Shown here: piece by piece, positions 26,675 through 34,253 of the stretch
Layout: every line of letters starts with the position of its first letter
Position numbering within the stretch: the first letter of the stretch is position 1
Source of the DNA: an uncultured Oscillospiraceae bacterium
Lineage (GTDB): Bacteria > Bacillota > Clostridia > Christensenellales > CAG-314
Assembly: GCA_964577535.1 (NCBI GenBank)
Contig: CAZNZO010000005.1
Location: 31,433 to 95,432, forward strand
Reading direction: 5' to 3'
Length of the DNA: 64,000 bases
The notes under the pieces: model-generated
What the model saw: the letters and a program-made list of their open reading frames with translations, nothing else
The model's database searches: none
What the model was told of the DNA's origin: nothing
Made by a program: the position numbers and the translations under genes

Positions 26675-27739
26675 ATGAAAAGAGCCGTTGCAAAAACTTT
26701 TTTGGCAATTGTGGTTTTGTTGGTCGCCGCGGCAACGTTGTTGGTGCTGGTGCCTAAACTTTCCCAAAAGCAAAGCCAGCCATCCAAAAAGTATGCCGGC
26801 GTGGTGGAATTGTGGAACGTCGAAACTTTCGAGGGCGGTTCGGGCAGTCGTTCGGCGTGGCTAACGGGCATGGCGGCCGCCTTCGAAAAATTGCACGAAG
26901 GGCTGTTTGTGCACGTAACAAACCTTTCTCCGCAACAACTAAACCAAAAGCTTGCTGATGGCCAAACGTTCGATATTGTTTGTTTTTCACGCGGGGTGGG
27001 GTGCGCCATTCAACAATATTTGCAGTGCTATACCAAAAGCGTTGGAGACGTAATGGAAAATTTGCTATCTTCCGGAACGCTGGACGGCAAAGTTTTTGCG
27101 TTGCCGCTATATGCCGGTGGATATTTTTTGTTTGCACGCAAAAGTCAGTTGCCGCAAAACGCCCATTTGATTGCCACCGCACTTAGCAACACGTTTTGTC
27201 GCAAGGTGGGCAAACACACCTACAATTTGCAACCGCTGGTGTGCGGATTTGCGCAGTTCAACAGTCCGCTTACGGCACTTGCAATGAGCGGCGGCAAGGG
27301 CAAAATTGTTCCAGACGAAAACGTTTCGCAATACGATGCATACGAAAAGTTTATTGCCAACAAAACAGCCGTGATGCTTTTGGGCACGCAACGAGATTTG
27401 TATCGTCTTTCCGAGCGGCAAAAAAACGAAAAAATTGAAAGTTTGCAGTGCTGCGCGCTGGGCGGCTACACCGATTTGGTGCAATATTTGGGTGTTTCTT
27501 CTCAAAGCCAAAATGCCGATGCTTGCATGGATTTTTTGCAGTTTACCATTTCCGAACAGTCTCAAAAAACCCTTGTCAACCTCAACTTGTTTTCCGTGTT
27601 GGAGCAAACTTTCTACACTTCGCCCAACTATTGCGAAATGGAACAAGCCTTGCCCAAAGCGTACGTTCCAAACGTGTTTGGCGACGAGGCGGCTTTGCGC
27701 ACACAACGGGATGCGGCGCTAACAACGCTGGCTTCGTGA
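26675..27739 (+). CDS. Membrane-anchored hypothetical protein, periplasmic-binding-protein-like
   Basis: Start placed at ATG 26675 after ggaggtg. N-terminal TM anchor FLAIVVLLVAAATLLVLV. The pattern ELWNVETFEGGSGSRSAWL resembles solute-binding proteins; the family is not established. Confidence 0.5.
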   Translation: MKRAVAKTFLAIVVLLVAAATLLVLVPKLSQKQSQPSKKYAGVVELWNVETFEGGSGSRSAWLTGMAAAFEKLHEGLFVHVTNLSPQQLNQKLADGQTFDIVCFSRGVGCAIQQYLQCYTKSVGDVMENLLSSGTLDGKVFALPLYAGGYFLFARKSQLPQNAHLIATALSNTFCRKVGKHTYNLQPLVCGFAQFNSPLTALAMSGGKGKIVPDENVSQYDAYEKFIANKTAVMLLGTQRDLYRLSERQKNEKIESLQCCALGGYTDLVQYLGVSSQSQNADACMDFLQFTISEQSQKTLVNLNLFSVLEQTFYTSPNYCEMEQALPKAYVPNVFGDEAALRTQRDAALTTLAS

Positions 27740-27740
27740 T

Positions 27741-28640
27741 ATGACGTGGCAAAAAATGTGCCGCACGTTTGACGTGCGCAACATCAAAATGCAAACAGAC
27801 CTTGCCTTTTCGCAGCTAACAACCATTGGTTGCGGCGGAAAAATAGATTTGGTGGTTTTCCCGGATACAATTTCAAAACTCGTTTTTGTTGCAAAGTTTT
27901 TGCGACGGCACAAAATAAAGCACTGCTTTTTGGGCAGGGGCAGCAACGTTTTGGCTTCGGACGAAAGGTATTGCGGCGTGGTTGTTGTCACAACAAAAGT
28001 GCAAGGAATTGCTTTTTGGGGCAACTGCGCCGAAGTGTGTTGCGGAACGTCCGCCGCGGCGTTATGTGCGGAATTGGTCAAAAAAGGGCTACACGGTGGC
28101 GAGTTTTTGGGTTGTTTGCCAGCAACTGTTGGCGGAGTTGTGGCCTGCAATGCCGGTTGCTTTGGGCAAAGCGCGCAAAACGTGGTGCAAAGTGTTGTGG
28201 CGCTAAGGAAGGGCAAAATTGTGCGACTGGATAACAAGCAGTGCGCTTTTGGCAAGCGTAATAGCATTTTTAAGGATGGCAACGTTTTGGTGTTGCAAGT
28301 TGTTATGCGCTTCGAAAAACTCACTCCGTCCAAGGTGCAACAAATTGTTTGCGATATGCGTCAAAAAAAGCAGCAAACACAGCCCCTTGGGCAACGATCG
28401 GCCGGTTGCGTGCTGTATGCCGAAGGTGTGGCTGTTTCCAAATTGACCGATTTGGCCGGACTAAAAGGTTTTAAAATTGGCGGTGCGCAAGTGTCCGAAA
28501 AGCACGCAGGATTTGTAATTAACCTTGACAAAGCCACCTCAAAAGATATATACTTACTAGTGCGGCACGTACAAAACGTGGTGCAAGAAAAGTTCGGCGT
28601 AAAGTCTGTGGCAGAAGTTAGTTTTATAAACTTCAACTAG
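27741..28640 (+). CDS. murB: UDP-N-acetylenolpyruvoylglucosamine reductase
   Basis: 299 aa. Motifs: TTIGCGGKIDL, LGRGSNVL, RSAGCV, GGAQVSEKHAGFVIN. Confidence 0.9.
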   Translation: MTWQKMCRTFDVRNIKMQTDLAFSQLTTIGCGGKIDLVVFPDTISKLVFVAKFLRRHKIKHCFLGRGSNVLASDERYCGVVVVTTKVQGIAFWGNCAEVCCGTSAAALCAELVKKGLHGGEFLGCLPATVGGVVACNAGCFGQSAQNVVQSVVALRKGKIVRLDNKQCAFGKRNSIFKDGNVLVLQVVMRFEKLTPSKVQQIVCDMRQKKQQTQPLGQRSAGCVLYAEGVAVSKLTDLAGLKGFKIGGAQVSEKHAGFVINLDKATSKDIYLLVRHVQNVVQEKFGVKSVAEVSFINFN

Positions 28641-28659
28641 TCGCCCAAAGAGGTAAACT

Positions 28660-29589
28660 ATGTCGTTTTCGCAAAATGTGAAGGAAGAAATTTCCAAAAA
28701 CGTGCAAAAAATGAAAGGTTGTTGCGCAACCTCTTTTTTGACTGCCGTTTTGAAATCCATCGGCTCTTTGTGTTTTGGCAACGGCGTCAGCTTTTCGGTG
28801 GAAACGGATAACCTTTCTCTTTTGCAACTGTGCGCCAACGTGTGTCGCACACGTTTTTCCTGCGAGGTGGATATCTACCAAATAGGCGAAGAAAGCAATG
28901 CGCGCTACGTTTGCAAGTTTCCGCCGCACATAGGGGAAAAACTAAACCTTGTCTACCGCGACGACGAAGATTGCTTGAACATTGCCGACGAAATTTCCGT
29001 CGATCTGTCCAGTTCGTGTTGTCGCAGGGCTTTTGTGCAAGGGCTGTTTCTTTCCTGCGGGTCTGCATCCATACCGTCTGTAAGCGAAGACGCTTTTGGC
29101 GAAAGCGACCACAACAACTATCACTTGGAATTGCGTTTTTCCAACTGGGATTTTGCCGATTTTGTGCTAAACGAGTTTTCCGAACTGGATTTCAAACTTA
29201 CTCAGCGCAAAAACAACGCCGTTTTGTACGTCAAAGATAGCGAAAAAATTTCCGACTTTTTGGGCTACGTGGATGCAATCAACGCCAAATTTACCCTGGA
29301 AAACGTGCTTATAAGCCGAAGCTATCGCAACACGGCCAACCGTCAACGCAACTGTATCGATTCCAACATCGACAGGGCGGTTACGGCGGCGGCCAAGCAA
29401 CTAGATGCCATCGAAAAAATTCGCAAAGACGGCCGTTTCGACATGTTGCCCGATCAGTTGCAACAGGCGGCAATTGCACGCGAACAAAACCCGTCGGCAA
29501 ACCTTGCCGAACTTGCGGCAATTTTAAGCATATCCAAAAGCGGTGTTAACCATCGCTTGGAAAAACTTCTAGAGTTTGCCGAAAAATAA
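28660..29589 (+). CDS. whiA: DNA-binding protein WhiA
   Basis: 309 aa. N-terminus MSFSQNVKEEIS and a LAGLIDADG-like core are present. C-terminal HTH is NLAELAAILSISKSGVNHRLEKL. The murB-whiA neighbourhood is conserved. Confidence 0.9.
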   Translation: MSFSQNVKEEISKNVQKMKGCCATSFLTAVLKSIGSLCFGNGVSFSVETDNLSLLQLCANVCRTRFSCEVDIYQIGEESNARYVCKFPPHIGEKLNLVYRDDEDCLNIADEISVDLSSSCCRRAFVQGLFLSCGSASIPSVSEDAFGESDHNNYHLELRFSNWDFADFVLNEFSELDFKLTQRKNNAVLYVKDSEKISDFLGYVDAINAKFTLENVLISRSYRNTANRQRNCIDSNIDRAVTAAAKQLDAIEKIRKDGRFDMLPDQLQQAAIAREQNPSANLAELAAILSISKSGVNHRLEKLLEFAEK

Positions 29590-29619
29590 CCCCACCATTC
29601 TACTCAAAGGAAAAAGACG

Positions 29620-32600
29620 ATGAAACCATTTGTCCATCTTCATTTACATACGGAATACAGTCTTTTGGACGGCGCAACGCGAATTGACGATTTGCTTGAT
29701 CGTTGCATTCAATACAACATGCCCGCCGTTGCCATAACCGACCACGGCAACATGTATTGTGCTTGGAAATTTATGAAGGCGGCCGCTGCACGCAACAAGG
29801 ATGCAGACGGCAATTTTGTGCAGAAAATAAAACCCATCATCGGTTGCGAATTTTATATGTGCGAAAATTTGCACAACGTCGGTTGGGAAAACAAGGAATA
29901 CTATCACCTTATTTTGTTGGCCAAAAACAATGTTGGCTACTACAATTTGTGCAGACTAAATTCCATTGCATTTGTGGATGGTTTCTACTACAAACCGCGT
30001 ATCGACTTCGAAACGCTAAAAAAGTATAGCGAAGGCCTTGTGTGCCTTTCGGCGTGTATTGCCGGGCAACTGCCCCGCTTGTTTTTGGCCGATCGCCCCG
30101 AGGAAGCGCGCGAACTTGCCTTGCAATATAAGCAACTGTTTGGCGAAGACTACTACATAGAAATTCAAAACCACCAAATAGACGACGAATACGCCGTTAT
30201 GCCACAACTGGTGCAACTGGCGCGCGAATTGGATATTAAAATTGTTGTCACCAACGACGTTCACTATTTGGATAGGGAAGATGCGGAAATTCAGGACGTT
30301 ATGATGTGCGTTCAAATGGGCAAATATTTGGACGACCCCGACAGAATGAAGTTCCAAGGGGACGAATTCTACCTAAAAACCTACGACGAAATGGCGCAGC
30401 TATTTCCCAATTTGCCCGACGCAATGGAAACCACTTTGGAAATTGCCGAAAAGTGCAACGTAGATTTTGGCAAGGAACGTTTGTTGCCGCTATACACTCC
30501 GCCCGATGGGATGGATTCTGCCGAATATCTGCGCTTTTTGCTGGAAAAAGGCTTGAAGGAAAAATATCCCGAATGCACCAAGGAAATTCGCGACAGGGTG
30601 GAATATGAATACGGCGTTATTTGCAGCATGGGCTTTGTCGACTACTACCTTATTGTGTGGGACTTCATCAACTATGCCAAAACCAACGGAATTCCCGTTG
30701 GCCCCGGCCGTGGAAGCGGCGCCGGCAGCGTGGTTGCCTACCTCATAGGCATAACGGAAGTGGAACCATTCCGCTTCAACCTTATGTTCGAACGCTTTTT
30801 GAACCCGCAACGCAAATCCATGCCCGACTTCGACGTGGACTTTTGCATGGATAGGCGCGGCGAAGTTATCGACTACGTTCACCGCAAATATGGCAACGAT
30901 AACGTTTGCCAAATTGTAACTTTCGGCACAATGGCGGCCAAAAACGCCATTCGCGACGTTGCCCGCGTGTTGCGTTTCCCTGTGTCGGAATCTAACCGTC
31001 TGGCCAAAATGGTGCCGGATAACTTCAAATACACAATCCGTCATCTACTTGGGCTAAAACCCTACAAAAAAGCGGCCGATACCTACATTTCCGAAGAACT
31101 AAAAGCCGCCTACGACGACCCGACTACCCACAAACTTATAGATATTGCCATGCGTTTGGAAGGTTCTCCCCGACAAACAGGCATGCACGCGGCTGGTGTT
31201 GTTATCTGCCGCGAAAAGGTTTCCGATCACGTTCCTTTGCAAACAAACGGTGGCGCCGCACGCAACGGAGGCATTGTCACCACGCAATACAACATGATAG
31301 AAGTGGAAGAATTGGGCTTGCTAAAAATGGACTTTTTGGGCTTGCGCACTTTGACGGATATCAAAAAGGCGTGCGACTACGTCTACGAAGACTACGGCGT
31401 AAAGGTAGATTTTTCCAAGGATAACTATTCCGACCCCAACGTGTTCAAGCTTATTTCCGGCGGCGACACAATGTGCATTTTCCAATTGGAAAGTGGCGGC
31501 ATGTGCGACCTTATGCACAAAATGAAGCCGGAAGGCTTGGAAGAAATTATCGCAGGCATCAGCTTGTACCGCCCTGGCCCCATGCAGTATATTGGCGACT
31601 ACATCGAGTGCAAATTCGACAAATCCAAAATTCACTACTTGCATTTGGCAATGGAAAGCATTCTTTCGGTAACCAACGGTTGCATTGTCTATCAGGAACA
31701 AGTTATGCAACTTGTGCAAAAGTTGGCAGGATTTTCCATGGCGCTGGCAGATAACGTTCGTTACGCCATGAGCAAGAAAAAAGCCGAAATGATGAAGCAA
31801 CTTGGCGAACTGTTTGTGCACGGAGGCACTTGGACCAACGGCGAAACGGTGCCCGGTTGTGTCAAAAACGGCATTCCCGAAGAAATTGCTTTGCAAATCT
31901 ACAAACAACTAGACGACTTTTCGCAATACGCATTCAACAAGTCGCACGCAACGTGCTATGCCTACGTAACCTACCAAACGGCATGGCTAAAAAATTACTA
32001 CCCGGCGGAATTTATTTGTGCTTTGCTTAACAACCGCATCAGCGACATTGCACAAATCAAAAAGTACATGGAATATGCCAAAACGCAGGGCATAAACGTT
32101 TTGCCGCCCGACGTCAACAAGAGTCGCGAAGAATTCCGTGTGGAAGACGGCGCGCTTCGTTTTGGACTTGGCGGAATTCGCAATATTGGCGTCAGCATCG
32201 TAAAACAGCTAGTAGACGAGCGTGAAGCGCACGGCGAATTTGCCGATATGACCGACCTGTTCGAGCGTTGTGGTACGTTTTTGAACAAACGTATGATCGA
32301 AAACCTTATCAAAGGTGGTGCATTCGATTGTTTTGGCCGCACCCGCGCCGACATGTTGCACTGGTACACCGAGGAATATAACGAAGTTCAAGAACGCATC
32401 AAAAAACAAGCCACCGGTCAAATGTCCATTTTCGACGTGATGCCCGAACTAAAAACGGAAATTCGCACCACGCACGAACAAATGAAGGAATTTCCCAAAC
32501 AAGTGCTTTATAATTTCGAAAACGAAGTGCTTGGTCTTTACATGACCGGTTCGCCATTGGACGACTACGACGCTATTTCAAAAAAATTCGGCTTCGATTT

Positions 32601-33177
32601 TGATACTTCCGTTGTTATGCCCTACGTTCCGGACGATTCCGAAACGGGCGAAAAAATTGTGCCGCAAGTGGCAAAACGCAACGTTATCACCGGAGGCATT
32701 TTGCACAGCGTTCGCGTTGTTATTGGCAACGAAAACAAAAAAATGGCCTTCGGCGTGTTGGAAGATAAGTTTTCCACCATTGAAGTTGCGCTGTATTCCC
32801 CCGCCTACGACAGGTTTAGCACGCTGTTTGCCGAAGATAGTTTTTTGGTGGTGCGTGGAAGTCTTGGCGAAAACCGCGATGGCTACAAAATTACCATTCG
32901 CGAACTTATCAACCCCCACGGCGAAGTCAAGGCCGAGCCCGTCAAGGTAGAAAACAAAACAAACGTCACTTTGTGGCTGCGCATGGACCAACGCGACGAC
33001 GAAACCTACGAAAAAGTTGTGGCAATCCTTCGTCAATACGAAGGGGACGTACCTGTCAAGTTCCGCATAGAAGGCAAAACTTTTGCAGTGGAACGTCAAG
33101 TGCGCAAATGCTCCGGCTTGGAATACGAGCTTGCTCAGTTGCTTGGTTCCGAAAACGTTGTGTTTTTCGAAAAGTAG
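29620..33177 (+). CDS. dnaE: DNA polymerase III alpha subunit (DnaE type)
   Basis: 1185 aa. PHP motif HLHLHTEYSLLDGA, plus GPGRGSGAGSVVAYLIGIT, PDFDVDF and FNKSHATCYAYVTYQTAWLK. Confidence 0.95.
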   Translation: MKPFVHLHLHTEYSLLDGATRIDDLLDRCIQYNMPAVAITDHGNMYCAWKFMKAAAARNKDADGNFVQKIKPIIGCEFYMCENLHNVGWENKEYYHLILLAKNNVGYYNLCRLNSIAFVDGFYYKPRIDFETLKKYSEGLVCLSACIAGQLPRLFLADRPEEARELALQYKQLFGEDYYIEIQNHQIDDEYAVMPQLVQLARELDIKIVVTNDVHYLDREDAEIQDVMMCVQMGKYLDDPDRMKFQGDEFYLKTYDEMAQLFPNLPDAMETTLEIAEKCNVDFGKERLLPLYTPPDGMDSAEYLRFLLEKGLKEKYPECTKEIRDRVEYEYGVICSMGFVDYYLIVWDFINYAKTNGIPVGPGRGSGAGSVVAYLIGITEVEPFRFNLMFERFLNPQRKSMPDFDVDFCMDRRGEVIDYVHRKYGNDNVCQIVTFGTMAAKNAIRDVARVLRFPVSESNRLAKMVPDNFKYTIRHLLGLKPYKKAADTYISEELKAAYDDPTTHKLIDIAMRLEGSPRQTGMHAAGVVICREKVSDHVPLQTNGGAARNGGIVTTQYNMIEVEELGLLKMDFLGLRTLTDIKKACDYVYEDYGVKVDFSKDNYSDPNVFKLISGGDTMCIFQLESGGMCDLMHKMKPEGLEEIIAGISLYRPGPMQYIGDYIECKFDKSKIHYLHLAMESILSVTNGCIVYQEQVMQLVQKLAGFSMALADNVRYAMSKKKAEMMKQLGELFVHGGTWTNGETVPGCVKNGIPEEIALQIYKQLDDFSQYAFNKSHATCYAYVTYQTAWLKNYYPAEFICALLNNRISDIAQIKKYMEYAKTQGINVLPPDVNKSREEFRVEDGALRFGLGGIRNIGVSIVKQLVDEREAHGEFADMTDLFERCGTFLNKRMIENLIKGGAFDCFGRTRADMLHWYTEEYNEVQERIKKQATGQMSIFDVMPELKTEIRTTHEQMKEFPKQVLYNFENEVLGLYMTGSPLDDYDAISKKFGFDFDTSVVMPYVPDDSETGEKIVPQVAKRNVITGGILHSVRVVIGNENKKMAFGVLEDKFSTIEVALYSPAYDRFSTLFAEDSFLVVRGSLGENRDGYKITIRELINPHGEVKAEPVKVENKTNVTLWLRMDQRDDETYEKVVAILRQYEGDVPVKFRIEGKTFAVERQVRKCSGLEYELAQLLGSENVVFFEK

Positions 33178-33207
33178 CCTGCCATTGCACAAGTTGTTCC
33201 AAAACGC

Positions 33208-33236
33208 TTGACTATTTGTCGTCAGTGTTATAAAAT
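33208..33236 (+). promoter_or_regulatory. Candidate promoter of rpmE
   Basis: TTGACT (33208-33213), 17-nt spacer, TAAAAT (33231-33236). Confidence 0.45.
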
Positions 33237-33282
33237 GTTTGAGCATGGGGTTTTCCCAAAATAAAACGAGAGGTAAAGCGAT

Positions 33283-33495
33283 ATGAAACAAGGTATACAT
33301 CCGAATTATCACCAAGCGACTGTTGTATGTGCTTGTGGCGCAACGTTCCAAACCGGAACCACCAAAGATACCGACGTGATCAAAGTAGAAATTTGCAACA
33401 AATGCCACCCCTACTTCACCGGTAAACAAAAATTGGTAGATGCTGGCGGACGCGTTGATAAGTTCAACAAGAAGTACGGCTTCGACAAGAAATAA
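33283..33495 (+). CDS. rpmE: 50S ribosomal protein L31 (Zn-ribbon type)
   Basis: 70 aa: [27 protein letters not shown]...[34 protein letters not shown] is gagagg. Confidence 0.93.
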   Translation: MKQGIHPNYHQATVVCACGATFQTGTTKDTDVIKVEICNKCHPYFTGKQKLVDAGGRVDKFNKKYGFDKK

Positions 33496-33509
33496 GGATA
33501 AAACACAAA

Positions 33510-33536
33510 GGCGTAACGTCAGGTTGCGCCTTTTTT
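33510..33536 (+). terminator. rpmE terminator
   Basis: ggcgtaac-gtcag-gttgcgcc (one G-U pair) followed by tttttt. Confidence 0.75.
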
Positions 33537-33576
33537 GATGCAATTTTGTTTTGCCGTTTGCCCATTGCCTGCCGTG

Positions 33577-33596
33577 GCTTGGTGGGATCACCAAGC
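33577..33596. other. Hairpin formed at the duplication junction
   Basis: gcttggtg-ggat-caccaagc. The equivalent hairpin at 33850-33870 is gcttggtg-gggat-caccaagc. Confidence 0.7.
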
Positions 33597-33738
33597 GACT
33601 GTTGTATGTGCTTGTGGCGCAACGTTCCAAACCGGAACCACCAAAGATACCGACGTGATCAAAGTAGAAATTTGCAACAAATGCCACCCCTACTTCACCG
33701 GTAAACAAAAATTGGTAGATGCAAGGCTGCCGCATTGA
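33587..33738 (+). pseudogene. Truncated second copy of rpmE (codons ~10-54 conserved, then diverged and stopped)
   Basis: It encodes ..[45 protein letters not shown], then RLPH-stop. It lacks the rpmE start, RBS and promoter; the ORF-track N-terminus MMQFCFAV... is read-in from non-coding sequence. Confidence 0.8.
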
Positions 33739-34253
33739 AAAGTTCAACAAGAAGTACGACTTCGACAAGGAAGGATAAAACACAAAGAACGTCAGGTTGC
33801 GCCTTTTTTGATGCAATTTTGTTTTGACGTTTGCCCATTGCCTGCCGTGGCTTGGTGGGGATCACCAAGCCAATTTCCGTTTTGGATATTTTTTTCTTTT
33901 GCTATTATTGTTTTGGTGTGGCATGGCTTCTGCTAGCGCAAAACGCCTTTTGGGTTGCAAAAAAGTCGGCACGTGGTGCATTTTTCACTAAAAAACGCCA
34001 ATCTGCGGCCCTTTTTGTTTCTGTTTGCCGTAAAAAATAAGTGTTTCAAAAGTTCCAAAATTGTTCAAAAAATCGTTTGTTTTGGCGGTTGGAATCCGTA
34101 TTGTGCATATAGCAGACGATTTTTTCTATGGACAACGGTTTGCGCCGTTTATATAATTTAGTTGAAATATATAAAATTTGCGTTGTTTTGTGGTGACGGT
34201 GCAAAGCGCTGTTCTTCAACAACGCACAAGCAAATGTTTTCAAGGGGGAAATT

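Larger units (their letters stand above)
33308..33870 (+). repeat. Tandem duplication (279-bp unit, 274-bp unit, 10-bp partial third copy) spanning the 3' two-thirds of rpmE plus its downstream region
   Basis: atcaccaagc occurs at 33308, 33587 and 33861. 33308-33443 is identical to 33587-33722 (136 nt). The rest of unit 2 carries clustered substitutions and small indels. Confidence 0.9.

Noticed and set aside
33535-33738. 67-aa ORF as an independent L31 paralogue gene
   Set aside because: Its first 17 codons are read-in from non-coding duplicated sequence. It lacks the L31 N-terminus, RBS and promoter, and it ends prematurely after a diverged patch. It was annotated as a pseudogene fragment instead.
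32578-33816. 412-aa - strand ORF spanning the dnaE 3' end, rpmE and the duplicated region
   Set aside because: It is antisense to two well-supported genes. Its internal repetition merely reflects the tandem DNA duplication, and it has no RBS.
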